64,000 nucleotides of DNA from NCBI GenBank assembly GCA_018699955.1, contig JABISG010000147.1, forward strand, positions 96,544 through 160,543, given 5' to 3'. The notes under the pieces are model-generated. The model was not told the DNA's origin. It did not search any database and saw only the letters and a program-made list of their open reading frames with translations. Positions within the stretch are counted from its first letter, which is position 1; each line of letters starts with the position of its first letter. The DNA comes from Planctomycetaceae bacterium. GTDB taxonomy: Bacteria; Planctomycetota; Planctomycetia; Planctomycetales; Planctomycetaceae. Below are positions 19,210-29,007 of the stretch, piece after piece. The translations under genes and the position numbers were made by a program.

Positions 19210-20472
19210 ATGATGCACCGAATTCTTTTCGCCGCTTTGGCAGTCAGTTCATTAGCTGTGTCGGCGACTGCCGGCGATTGGCCGCAGATTCTTGGGCCAA
19301 CCCGTAACGGCATAGCGGTGGATGAAAAACTCGCGGACAAATGGCCCGCCGATGGACCAAAGACGGTTTGGCAGCGCAAGGTCGGCACCGGGTTTTCCGG
19401 TATTGTTGTGTCGGATGGCATCGCCGTGCTGTTTCATCGTGTCGGCAATAATGAGACTGCTGAAGCAATGAACGCGGCGACCGGCAAACGGTTGTGGAAG
19501 ACAGAGTTTCCGACGGATTACATTCCGTCGTACACCAGCGACGACGGACCGCGGGCGACGCCGTTGATTCACAAGGGCCGCGTTTATCTCTATGGCGTCA
19601 AAGGGGGGCTGTACTGCGTTGATTTGAAATCGGGCAGGAAGCTGTGGCAGCGCGACACGTATGAGGACTACAGTTCCAAGAAGGCGACTCGGGGTGAGCC
19701 GGCGACCGGATATTTCGGGATTGGTACCACGCCCATCGTTGAAGGGAACAAGCTGATCGTCAACATTGGCGGGAACACGAAAGAGGCGGGCATAGTCGCT
19801 TTCTCGCTTGAAAACGGCCGCACCGTGTGGAAATCAACGACCGAACGGGCCAGTTATTCCTCGCCTACATCCGCCACCATCGACGGCACACGCCACGTCA
19901 TCTTCGCGGCCCGATTGAATGTGGTCTCGATCGACCCAGCCAACGGCAAAACACGGTTCCGCATCCCGTTCGGCATGCCAGGACCCAATGTGACGGCGGC
20001 AGTACCGCTGGTGCTGGGCAACCGGTTGTTTGTGTCGGCCAGTTACAACTTTGGCGCGCTGTACGCGGCTTTGTCGAAGAACGACGGTAAGACTCTGTGG
20101 TCGAGCGATGAGATCATGTCGAGCCAATACACCACCTGCATTCCCGACGGAAACGTTCTTTACGGAATCCACGGTCGATTCGACCAGGGGGCTTCCGATC
20201 TGCGTTGCTTCAATCCCGCGACGAAGAAAATCGCCTGGGAAAAAACCGGTTTCGGTTACGCGACGTTGATCGAGGCCGACGGCAAATTGATCGCGTTGAA
20301 AGCCGACGGTGAACTAGTCCTCATCGAAACAACGTCGAAACAGTACCGCGAACTGGCCCGTGCTAATGTGCTGGACAAGACAACCCGCGCCATCCCGGCC
20401 ATCGCCAACGGCCGATTGTATGTTCGCGATTCGGATACGCTGAAATGCCTCAATCTCGGTCGGACTCGTTAG
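19210..20472 (+). CDS. PQQ-like/BamB-like beta-propeller repeat protein with signal peptide
   Basis: Signal peptide MMHRILFAALAVSSLAVSATA; repeated G-x-VY/LY..DG..L.A.D..TG..W motifs. Confidence 0.75.
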   Translation: MMHRILFAALAVSSLAVSATAGDWPQILGPTRNGIAVDEKLADKWPADGPKTVWQRKVGTGFSGIVVSDGIAVLFHRVGNNETAEAMNAATGKRLWKTEFPTDYIPSYTSDDGPRATPLIHKGRVYLYGVKGGLYCVDLKSGRKLWQRDTYEDYSSKKATRGEPATGYFGIGTTPIVEGNKLIVNIGGNTKEAGIVAFSLENGRTVWKSTTERASYSSPTSATIDGTRHVIFAARLNVVSIDPANGKTRFRIPFGMPGPNVTAAVPLVLGNRLFVSASYNFGALYAALSKNDGKTLWSSDEIMSSQYTTCIPDGNVLYGIHGRFDQGASDLRCFNPATKKIAWEKTGFGYATLIEADGKLIALKADGELVLIETTSKQYRELARANVLDKTTRAIPAIANGRLYVRDSDTLKCLNLGRTR

Positions 20473-20497
20473 GTTCAAGAAATCCTGGAGAAAACGG

Positions 20498-20899
20498 ATG
20501 TCTCCCATTCTCGTTGAAATCGCGCCGGGTGAGTTGATCGACCGGATGACGATTCTTGAAATCAAGTCCGAGCGCATTACCGATGCGGCGAAGCTGGCCA
20601 ACGTGCGGATTGAGTTGGAAACGCTGCAGCGGGCGCGCGACGCCGACGTGCCGGCATCGGATCAACTCGATCGATTGACCGCAGAATTGAAGGCGGTCAA
20701 CGAGGCATTGTGGGAGATCGAAGACGACATCCGCGATTGCGAACGCGCGCAGGACTTCGGTCCGCGATTCATCGAATTGGCCCGTTCGGTTTACGTCACC
20801 AACGATCAACGCGCGGCACTCAAACGCGAGATCAACGATTTACTCGGCTCGCGAATCGTCGAAGAAAAATCGTACGCGTCATATTCGCCGGAATCGTAA
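20498..20899 (+). CDS. DUF6165-like small protein
   Basis: N-terminus ILVEIAPGELIDRMTILEIKSERI matches the hallmark ...GEL.DK.TIL.IK... of that family. Confidence 0.5.
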   Translation: MSPILVEIAPGELIDRMTILEIKSERITDAAKLANVRIELETLQRARDADVPASDQLDRLTAELKAVNEALWEIEDDIRDCERAQDFGPRFIELARSVYVTNDQRAALKREINDLLGSRIVEEKSYASYSPES

Positions 20900-20916
20900 T
20901 CACCGTCGCTTGCGGT

Positions 20917-22692
20917 TTATTGCGCTGTGTTGTTGACGAGATCCTGGAGCGCTGTCGCAATATTTGCGAATGGCGTTTCCCAATCACCCGCTGTCGGTTG
21001 ACGGAACAGTCGCATCGACGGATACCAGGGGCTGTCTTCTCGGTCGAGCATCCAACGCCAGTCGGGCAGGAAGGGCAGGGCTACCCACACCGGCACGCCG
21101 AGCGCGCCGGCGAGATGCGGAATCGCCGTATCGGAGGTTACGACGAGATCGAGGTTCTTCATCAGCGCTGCCGTGTCCATGAACGCACCGGTCGTACCGT
21201 CGAAGTCGTCTCCCGGTTGGACGACGTCGAATTCCACCTCGGAAATCTGCTCGCAGCCTTCCCCCTTTTGCAGGCTGACGAGTTTGACGCCGAGAATGGC
21301 GGCCAGTGGAGCGAAGGTTGCCAGTTGCGGCGAACGTTCGCTGTCGCGGGGGTAATCGCGATTTCCCTGCCAGCAAATGCCGACGGTGAAGCCGTCGATG
21401 TTTGCTCGCCATTTCTGCCAACGCGCGACGAGTTTCTCGTCGGCTGTGAGGTACGGAACGTCAGCAGGAATCGTCTCGGTTGTTGTCTCCAGAATTCGTG
21501 GCAGCGACAACAGCGGCGCTTCGATGTCAAAGTCGGGTAATTCGTCGTCTTTGACGATCAACTGATCGATGCCACCGCAACCATCCAACAGCTTTGCCAA
21601 GGGACGCGGGCAGTGCAAAATCACCCGGCCGGCAGTTTGTTGAATTAGAGGGGCATACCGAATGAATTGAATCGTATCGCCCAGGCCCTGTTCGGCGGCA
21701 AGCAGAATCGTGCGGCCATCCAGCGGTGAACCATCCCACCGCGGTTTGCCGTAGGTGACGGGGGGAACGTCGAGCGTGTCGCCGCGACGGTCGTATCCCG
21801 GCCATCCAGCGGCCAAGTCGCCTTGCAACAGCAGTGTTGTTCCCAAATTGAATTCGGCCAATGGGAAATCGGGCAGTAGGACGAGGGCCTGTCGAAAACT
21901 GTCGCACGCCTCATCGAGACGGCTCAGCGACTTGAGCGCCGTTCCCAGATTGTTGTGTCCTTCGGCGTAGTCGGGGTAGAGTTCCAATGCACGCTCAGAT
22001 GCGGCGACTGCTTCATCCAGCCGGCCCTGTCGTTCGTAGATGTAGCCGAGATTGTTGTGGATCTCGTGGTAATCGGGTTTTGCGATCAGCACCTTTTGAA
22101 ACTGCTCGATCGCTTCGTCTAATCGATCCTGCCGCACCAGCACAAACCCCAGACGGACCTGTAAGTCGGGATTATCCGGTTCATCGGCAGAGAGTTGACG
22201 ATAACAGGCTTCGGCCGCCTCCCATTTCTGCTGACGTCCCAACGCCTCCGCCAAGGCGACTCGCATTTGTTTGTCGCCAGGGGCGAGTTCCAATCCCTTC
22301 TCGTAACATTTCTCGGCGTCGGCCGGCAGTCGGCGTTCGTCCATCACCGCGCCCAGATTAAAAAACGCCTGGCTGTATTCCGGATTCGCCTTGATCGCTG
22401 CCTGAAACGCCCGCATGGCCGGTTCCCATTCACCGAGCGCCTTGTAGGCCACGCCAAGATTGTTGTGTGCATCGGGAACATCGGGACGGGCAACGGTCAC
22501 TTTCTGCAGAAGATTGGCGGCGTCGCGAAAGCGGCTCTGCTGCAACAGCGCTGTCCCCAGCAGGTACTGTATGTCGAGATTGTGCGGGTCGGCTGCCAGC
22601 GCATCGCGATAGAGTGCTTCGGCCGCCGGCAAATCGTTCGCCTGATGTCGGTTCATCGCCTGTTGAAACAGGGCCTGCTGATCTTCAGCCAA
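20917..22692 (-). CDS. TPR-repeat protein fused to a glycosyltransferase family 9 (ADP-heptose:LPS heptosyltransferase-like) domain
   Basis: Eight or more TPR units (AxxxYxxAL..P....A..NLG), then a C-terminal GDTIQFIRYAPLI...TSDTAIPHLAGALGVPVWVAL region typical of GT9. Confidence 0.85.
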   Translation of the reverse strand: MAEDQQALFQQAMNRHQANDLPAAEALYRDALAADPHNLDIQYLLGTALLQQSRFRDAANLLQKVTVARPDVPDAHNNLGVAYKALGEWEPAMRAFQAAIKANPEYSQAFFNLGAVMDERRLPADAEKCYEKGLELAPGDKQMRVALAEALGRQQKWEAAEACYRQLSADEPDNPDLQVRLGFVLVRQDRLDEAIEQFQKVLIAKPDYHEIHNNLGYIYERQGRLDEAVAASERALELYPDYAEGHNNLGTALKSLSRLDEACDSFRQALVLLPDFPLAEFNLGTTLLLQGDLAAGWPGYDRRGDTLDVPPVTYGKPRWDGSPLDGRTILLAAEQGLGDTIQFIRYAPLIQQTAGRVILHCPRPLAKLLDGCGGIDQLIVKDDELPDFDIEAPLLSLPRILETTTETIPADVPYLTADEKLVARWQKWRANIDGFTVGICWQGNRDYPRDSERSPQLATFAPLAAILGVKLVSLQKGEGCEQISEVEFDVVQPGDDFDGTTGAFMDTAALMKNLDLVVTSDTAIPHLAGALGVPVWVALPFLPDWRWMLDREDSPWYPSMRLFRQPTAGDWETPFANIATALQDLVNNTAQ

Positions 22693-22825
22693 TTGTTTTT
22701 CTCTCCTCGATCATCCAAACTGTGAATCGTGATTCTCGCGAGTTGGTCGAGTCACCGCCAGTGCAGCCACCTGCTTGCGGTTTAGCGGACCCATAATTCA
22801 CTATGACCATCGGGATAGACAACCC

Positions 22826-23662
22826 ATGTCGGCACTCATTTCCTGCCTCACAAACAGTTACGGCCGCTTCGGCGCACAAGCCGGCATCGAGCAAATGGCC
22901 GCCGCCGGAATTCATCACGTGGAATTACCGATCCGCACGGCAGGGGTCGATTCCCCGTTCGGCGATCAGCCATTCGTCACAACAGCGGCAACGTTGGACG
23001 ATTTGAAAGACGCCGATCAGCTGTTGCAGCGGCACGGCGTGTCGGCTTCCAGTTGCAACGTCTCCAGCGGCAATCCGCTCGATCCGGAAGTCGTCGCGAT
23101 TACCCAACGGAAGCTCGATCTGGCCAAGCATTTCGGTGTGTCGTTGGTTGTCGGCGGTGCAGGTGAAGCCTCGTCGCCCGAAGAACTCGAAACACTGCAT
23201 GGCAATCTGCGAGAAATCGGCGACCATGCCGGTCGGTTGGGAATCACCTACTGTTTTGAGACGCATCCGGGTATTTGCCAGCATCATCGGGGCATGCTCG
23301 ACACCATGCAGGCCCTCGATCACCCGCACCTGAAATTGAATTTCGACACCGCCAACATCTTGTACTACAACGAGAACGTCGTGAGTGAGACCGCGCTCGC
23401 CAAGGTCTGCCATCACGTGCGGCACATCCATTTGAAAGATTCGCAGGGTGATTTCGGCAAATGGTACTTCCCGGCATTAGGACGCGGCGGCGCGGTCGAT
23501 TTTGTTCGCGTATTGCAATTGATGACAACCTGCGGCTTTACCGGTCCTTACAGTCTGGAAATTGAAGGCATCGCCGGCGAAGGCGATTTGCCGCTCGAAG
23601 CTTATCAACAACGCATCGTCGAAAGCGTCGAGCACCTTCGCACCTGTGGCTACTTTGATTGA
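22826..23662 (+). CDS. sugar phosphate isomerase/epimerase (xylose-isomerase-like TIM barrel)
   Basis: ATG 22826 (MSALISCLTNSYGRF...); motifs HHVEL, CFETHP, HIHLKD. Confidence 0.8.
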   Translation: MSALISCLTNSYGRFGAQAGIEQMAAAGIHHVELPIRTAGVDSPFGDQPFVTTAATLDDLKDADQLLQRHGVSASSCNVSSGNPLDPEVVAITQRKLDLAKHFGVSLVVGGAGEASSPEELETLHGNLREIGDHAGRLGITYCFETHPGICQHHRGMLDTMQALDHPHLKLNFDTANILYYNENVVSETALAKVCHHVRHIHLKDSQGDFGKWYFPALGRGGAVDFVRVLQLMTTCGFTGPYSLEIEGIAGEGDLPLEAYQQRIVESVEHLRTCGYFD

Positions 23663-23809
23663 GCCGGTTCAGACGCGAACCGAATCCAGCGACATCCAGC
23701 TGATCGATTGAACTCCTGCAATGCACGAACTTGCTTGCGACCGGCCCCGGTGGTACGCTCCGTGACATAGACAACCTATGACGACACAACATTGAGAAAG
23801 GCTTCTCGC

Positions 23810-25672
23810 ATGTCATTCCCCGTTCGGATTCTTGCCGCATCGTCCGCGATGTGGTGTCTGCTGTTCGCAGCACAGACATCGGTTTTGGCGCAAGCCGAGC
23901 CGGTCAATCACATCACCAACGGACCGGTTCTGGGCCGCCTGAGTTCCGATGGAATTGGCATCTGGTCGCGGACCGTGCGGTCGGGGCAGATTGCCGTCCG
24001 CTACGGAACCTCGCCCGACAGTTTGGACACGCTTTCGCCGCCGGTGAAAACGCGATACGAACACGACAACACCGGCTGGGTGCACATCACCGGGCTGAAG
24101 TCGAACACCAAATACTATTACGAGATGGTCATTCCCGAAGGGACCGGACACACCGGCCGTACCGGTTCGTTCCGCACATTGCCCGACGCCGAAGAATACG
24201 TCGATGCCGAACTCAATCCACGCGGACTGTTCAACTTCAGCTTCGAGTTCGCCTGCGGGAACAATCAGAACCCGGCCCACAGTTCCGGTCCAACACTGCC
24301 GACATTCAAGACGATGCTGGACAAAGTGAAGGACGACATCAATTTTGCCATCCTCAATGGCGATTGGATGTACGAAACCCAGCGGTCGTATCAGCCCAAT
24401 CAGTGGTTGTCGCAGGTGGAAAACACCGGCGGCGATTTGCCGAAAGTGGCGCAAATCGCGCCGAGCATTATCGGCGTGTGGCAGAACTACAAGCACTTTT
24501 ACAACCAGGCTCCCAACTTGGTGAAGTGGCATGCCCAGGTGCCCTCGTTCTTCACCTACGACGACCACGAGATGCTCAACGACATCTGGGGCGCGGGTTC
24601 GCCCGGCTTGCGCGATCGCCGTGCCGTCTTCCGAGACATCGGAGCGCAGGCGTGGTACGACTATCTCGGTTGGAGCAACCCCACGAAATTCAAACAGCCG
24701 GTTCACTTCGGCCGGGCAAGTTTGACCGGCGGCAGCGATGTGCTGTTCGATCCCTCGGCCGACTTCACGCGGATCAACATGAAATCCATGTCGAATCTGC
24801 ACGTGCATTGGGGAACGAAAACCGACGGCGTCAACGATAACGCCCTCGACGGTGTGGGCGGACGCAAGAACGCCGGCGTCTATCGCATCGAAAAAGTGAT
24901 CGATAAGAACCGGTTGAAAATCTGGCCGTCAGCGAAGGAAGACGGCGTCGAGTCGTACTCCATCGGCCGACGCTCCTATTACCGTCTGCGCGTCAGCAAC
25001 TGCGACTTTTTCGTCTGCGACACCCGTGGCCAACGGCAAATGCACGACACCCGCGACCCCTACAAGAAGGGCCTGTCGATGCTGGGTGACGTGCAACGGG
25101 AATGGCTCATCAACGGCATGAAGGAAAGCGACGCCGACTTTCTGTTCGTCGTCTCGTCGGTCAACTTCATGGTGCCGCACGTTGGCGGCGGAAAAGTCCG
25201 CGCGACAAACAAAGACGATGCCTGGACGGTCTTCTTTGACGAACGCGAAAAGCTGATCAACTTCTGGGACGAACTCGACAAACCGGTGATGGTTCTCACG
25301 GGCGATTTGCACAACAGCTTCGTCATCAAAATCACCGACAACGTCTGGGAGTGTGCTTCCGGCCCGCACAACTCGAACAATCACTGGGCCAGCGACGAAG
25401 GCGCACGCCCCGCAAACGGCAAATTCAAGTACGGCCCCCGCGAAGTCGATATCCGCTGGTCAACCTACTACCGCACCGACATCCCCCGCGACCAGCTCAG
25501 CCACCCGCACTACTGCGTCGTGCAAATCAACAACGTCTTCAACAACCCCAAACAACTCGGCGGCGAACGCTGGGTCGCCTTCCCCCGGCCACAAGTCATC
25601 TTCAAATACTTCGACGGCCGCACCGGAAAGTTTCAGTATGCCGAACCGGTGTTGGCGAAAGCGAAGAAGTGA
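23810..25672 (+). CDS. phoD: PhoD-like alkaline phosphatase / metallophosphatase with signal peptide
   Basis: Signal peptide, then FTYDDHEMLNDIWG and GDLHNSF metallophosphatase motifs. Confidence 0.8.
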   Translation: MSFPVRILAASSAMWCLLFAAQTSVLAQAEPVNHITNGPVLGRLSSDGIGIWSRTVRSGQIAVRYGTSPDSLDTLSPPVKTRYEHDNTGWVHITGLKSNTKYYYEMVIPEGTGHTGRTGSFRTLPDAEEYVDAELNPRGLFNFSFEFACGNNQNPAHSSGPTLPTFKTMLDKVKDDINFAILNGDWMYETQRSYQPNQWLSQVENTGGDLPKVAQIAPSIIGVWQNYKHFYNQAPNLVKWHAQVPSFFTYDDHEMLNDIWGAGSPGLRDRRAVFRDIGAQAWYDYLGWSNPTKFKQPVHFGRASLTGGSDVLFDPSADFTRINMKSMSNLHVHWGTKTDGVNDNALDGVGGRKNAGVYRIEKVIDKNRLKIWPSAKEDGVESYSIGRRSYYRLRVSNCDFFVCDTRGQRQMHDTRDPYKKGLSMLGDVQREWLINGMKESDADFLFVVSSVNFMVPHVGGGKVRATNKDDAWTVFFDEREKLINFWDELDKPVMVLTGDLHNSFVIKITDNVWECASGPHNSNNHWASDEGARPANGKFKYGPREVDIRWSTYYRTDIPRDQLSHPHYCVVQINNVFNNPKQLGGERWVAFPRPQVIFKYFDGRTGKFQYAEPVLAKAKK

Positions 25673-25682
25673 CGCAACGACC

Positions 25683-25716
25683 AGAAACCCGGTTTCTCCG
25701 AAGAAACCGGGTTTCT
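25683..25716. terminator. bidirectional terminator-like perfect hairpin (agaaacccggtttct-ccga-agaaaccgggtttct) between convergent phoD and the ALDH gene; repeat family also at 29994-30026
   Basis: 15-bp perfect stem; each arm is itself palindromic; lies between the stops of convergent genes. Confidence 0.55.
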
Positions 25717-25721
25717 GTCGA

Positions 25722-27245
25722 TCAGCTTCCCACATCAAACTCCACGCCCTGTGCCAACGGTAACGAGTCGCCCCAGTTGATGGTGCAGGTTTGGCGGCGC
25801 ATGTAGGCTTTCCAGGAGTCGGAGCCAGCTTCGCGGCCGCCGCCGGTTTCTTTTTCGCCGCCGAACGCTCCGCCTATCTCTGCACCGGACGTGCCGATGT
25901 TGACGTTGGCGATGCCGCAGTCGCTGCCGATGGGTGAGAGGAATCGTTCGGCCTCCTGCATGCGGTCGGTGAAGATGGCCGACGAAAGTCCTTGCGCGAC
26001 GCTGTTCTGGATCTCGATCGCTTCATCGAGTGTTTTGTAAGTCAGGACATAGAGAATCGGGGCGAAGGTTTCCGTGGCAACAATCGGCATGTCCGCCGTG
26101 GCGCGGACGATGGTTGGTTCGACAAAGTATCCCGGACGGTCGAGGCGGTTGCCGCCGCAGACGATTTCTCCGCCTTGATTGCGGATCGTTTCAACCGCCT
26201 GCATCATCGTTTCGGCAGCGCGCTCGTTGGCCAGTGGCCCCATTAACACGCCCTCTTCCCACGGTTTGCCGATGTTGACGCTCTTGTAAGCATTCGCCAA
26301 CCGTTCGACGAACGCATCGGCGTTGGACTCGTGCACGATCAACCGCCGTAGCGAAGTGCAGCGCTGGCCCGATGTGCCGACGGCAGCGAACAGGACTCCG
26401 CGCAATGCCAAATCGAGGTCGGCCGTTTCCGTCAGAATGATGGCGTTGTTGCCCCCCAATTCCAGCAGACATCGGCCGAGTCGCTGGGCAACAGCCGGGC
26501 TGATCGCGCGGCCCATGTCGCAACTGCCGGTCGCCGAGATCAACGGCAGTCGCTCATCGGCGGCCATCCATTGTCCGGTTTCAATTCCCGCGCCAACCGC
26601 CAATCCGCAGATCGGTGGGAGCTTCATCTCAGTCGAGACGCGATGAACGATGTGTTGAACGGCGATGGCGGTCAGCGGTGTTTGTGGTGAGGGTTTCCAA
26701 ATCGTTGCGTTCCCGCAGACGGCCGCGACGGCCGCATTCCATGCCCAGACGGCGACGGGGAAGTTGAACGCCGAGAGAATACCGACGACGCCGAGCGGAT
26801 GCCATTGTTCCATCATGCGATGCTGCGGCCGTTCGCTGGCGATGGTTAACCCGTACAACTGCCGCGACAGCCCGACGGAGAAATCGCACATGTCGATCAT
26901 CTCCTGGACTTCGCCTTCCCCCTCGCTTTGGATCTTGCCCATTTCGAGCGTGACCAGCAGACCGAGATCGCGCTTGTGTTCGCGCAGCGCCATTCCCAAC
27001 CGCCGCACGAATTCGCCACGAACGGGAGCCGGCGTCATCCGCCAATCGCGGAACGCCTGTTGGGCGGACTCCACTACGCGTTCGTAGTCATCGCGCGCAG
27101 CGGTCAACACGCGGGCAACCGGCTCGCCGGTCGCGGGGTTGAGGGAAACCAATTCCTCGCCGCCCGGTTGATCGATCCAGCCGTCGGCGTAGACCCCGCT
27201 GTTGACGTCGTTGATTCCCAGCCGCTGCAGCACGTCGTCGAACAT
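25722..27245 (-). CDS. ALDH7-family alpha-aminoadipic/L-piperideine-6-carboxylate semialdehyde dehydrogenase
   Basis: Near-colinear similarity to antiquitin (GVYxDGW...NPATGEP..., SLEMGKI, EGEVQE, ELGGNNA, GQRCT, EPTIV). ATG at 27243-27245. Confidence 0.9.
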   Translation of the reverse strand: MFDDVLQRLGINDVNSGVYADGWIDQPGGEELVSLNPATGEPVARVLTAARDDYERVVESAQQAFRDWRMTPAPVRGEFVRRLGMALREHKRDLGLLVTLEMGKIQSEGEGEVQEMIDMCDFSVGLSRQLYGLTIASERPQHRMMEQWHPLGVVGILSAFNFPVAVWAWNAAVAAVCGNATIWKPSPQTPLTAIAVQHIVHRVSTEMKLPPICGLAVGAGIETGQWMAADERLPLISATGSCDMGRAISPAVAQRLGRCLLELGGNNAIILTETADLDLALRGVLFAAVGTSGQRCTSLRRLIVHESNADAFVERLANAYKSVNIGKPWEEGVLMGPLANERAAETMMQAVETIRNQGGEIVCGGNRLDRPGYFVEPTIVRATADMPIVATETFAPILYVLTYKTLDEAIEIQNSVAQGLSSAIFTDRMQEAERFLSPIGSDCGIANVNIGTSGAEIGGAFGGEKETGGGREAGSDSWKAYMRRQTCTINWGDSLPLAQGVEFDVGS

Positions 27246-27288
27246 TGGTTTCCTCCTTGGTCCCATGCTCTGCGTGGTTACGAGAAAT

Positions 27289-28668
27289 CTAATTTTCCTG
27301 CGCCGCGACAAAGCTTGTTTGCTTCGCCACAAATTCCGACAACGCCTCATCCAAAATCGACACTGCCGTTTCTGCTTGCTCGCGGGTGATGACCAATGGT
27401 GGGCAGAAGCGGATGCTGTTCTTGCCGCAGCCTAATAGTAACAGGCCTTTGCGGAAACAGGATTGCACGATTTCGTTGCGTTCATCGACTGCGCGTTGCT
27501 TGGTCTCGCGGTCGGTTACCAGTTCGATACCGATCATCAAACCCTTGCCGCGGACGTCGCCGATGAGCGGGTGCTTCTGCTTCAAGTTGTCGAGCCGGCC
27601 GAGCAGGAAGTCGCCGACACGGGCAGCGTTCTCGATGAGTTCTTCTTCGAGTAACGCAATGGTTTCCAACGCGGCGGCACAACAAACCGGGTTGCCGCCG
27701 AAGGTGCTGGCGTGCGAACCGGGTGGCCAATCCATCACATCGGCTTTCGCGACAATCGCACCTAACGGCATGCCCGAGGCAAGTCCCTTGGCAGTACAGA
27801 GAATGTCCGGCTCGACGCCCCAGTGATCGATGGCGAACATTTTGCCGGTGCGTCCCATGCCGGCCTGCACTTCGTCGACGACGTACAAAATGCCGTGCTT
27901 TTCGGCGAGCGCTTTGAGTTGCTGGTGAAATTCGGGGGGCGGGACAATGTAACCGCCTTCACCCTGAATTGGCTCGACGACGATGGCAGCCACTTCGTCG
28001 GGCGAAAGGTTGCTGGTGAAGAGGCGGGATTCGATGAACTCGACGACAGCGCGGCCGCAATCGTCCTCTGCCGATCCGTCCGCGCGGCGGTAGGGATCGG
28101 GGTAGGGCACGTGGGTCACGCCGGGAACGAGTGGGCCGAATCCGCGACGCTGTATGGGTTTGCTCGCCGTCAGTGACAGCGCTCCCATTGTGCGACCGTG
28201 AAATGCGCCCAAAAAGGCGATCACCTGTTGCCGACCGGTGTGATGGCGTGCCAATTTGAAGGCCGCCTCGACCGCTTCGGCTCCGGAATTGGTGAAGAAG
28301 ACTTTCTTCGGCGAATCACCGGGCGCTACGTCGGCCAGTTTGTGGGCGAGGTTCGCTTGCGGCGCATAGAAAAAATCGGTGCCGGACATGTGAATGAGCT
28401 GTTCGGCCTGTTTCTGAATCGCTTTCACCACGCGCGGATGGCAGTGTCCGGTTGCGCAGACTGCAATGCCGGCGGTGAAGTCGAGAAACAGGTTGCCGTC
28501 CACGTCCTGGATAACCGCTCCTTCGCCGCGTTTGACCGCCAGCGGATAGTCGCGCGTGTACGACGGCGACGTATAGCGCTGATCGGTCTCGATCAACGCG
28601 CGGGCTTTGGGTCCCGGTAGTTCGGTACGGATATCGGGAACGTTGGCAAATTGACTCTGAGTCGGCAT
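27289..28668 (-). CDS. class-III (GabT-family) pyridoxal-phosphate aminotransferase; probable lysine-pathway aminotransferase
   Basis: GHCHP, VVEPIQGEGG, DEVQAGMGRTG, GDVRGKGLMIGIEL motifs; the PLP-binding lysine context TAKGLASG; 43 bp upstream of the ALDH7 gene. Confidence 0.9.
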   Translation of the reverse strand: MPTQSQFANVPDIRTELPGPKARALIETDQRYTSPSYTRDYPLAVKRGEGAVIQDVDGNLFLDFTAGIAVCATGHCHPRVVKAIQKQAEQLIHMSGTDFFYAPQANLAHKLADVAPGDSPKKVFFTNSGAEAVEAAFKLARHHTGRQQVIAFLGAFHGRTMGALSLTASKPIQRRGFGPLVPGVTHVPYPDPYRRADGSAEDDCGRAVVEFIESRLFTSNLSPDEVAAIVVEPIQGEGGYIVPPPEFHQQLKALAEKHGILYVVDEVQAGMGRTGKMFAIDHWGVEPDILCTAKGLASGMPLGAIVAKADVMDWPPGSHASTFGGNPVCCAAALETIALLEEELIENAARVGDFLLGRLDNLKQKHPLIGDVRGKGLMIGIELVTDRETKQRAVDERNEIVQSCFRKGLLLLGCGKNSIRFCPPLVITREQAETAVSILDEALSEFVAKQTSFVAAQEN

Positions 28669-28685
28669 GGCGGTTCCTCCATCTC

Positions 28686-28708
28686 GCTGCGATGCATTGC
28701 ATCGCAGC
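28686..28708. promoter_or_regulatory. perfect 23-bp palindrome GCTGCGATGCAT-TGCATCGCAGC in the divergent promoter region (candidate operator)
   Basis: 11-bp arms around a single central base with no mismatch; 18 bp upstream of the aminotransferase ATG and about 300 bp upstream of the DUF1338 gene. Confidence 0.45.
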
Positions 28709-29007
28709 TGGGGTGTACTCGTTCCAGTGGCCTGTACAGCAGGGGGATTCTCGCAGAAATCACGAGACGTGTCAGCGGCAACTGAATCGTAGGTGTGCCT
28801 CGGTTCCAGTCAAGGCGATACGTGCCTGTTTGTGTAGTTCCGGCGAGCAAGTGTCTGCGGTTCTGTTGGATTTGTAAGATGTTGCGTAGAATATCGAGTG
28901 ATTGATCCAGATCGGTCCAGACAGAACTTCGACGCGACACGTGGATATTTTCAGCGCCGGCGGTGGTGCTGTTGTTCGACGACACGAGAATTCGCTGGAG
29001 TGAAATC

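Noticed and set aside
23813-24840. Two overlapping ~330-aa ORFs in alternative frames of phoD
   Set aside because: The phoD frame carries the metallophosphatase motifs; the others are frame-shadow ORFs.
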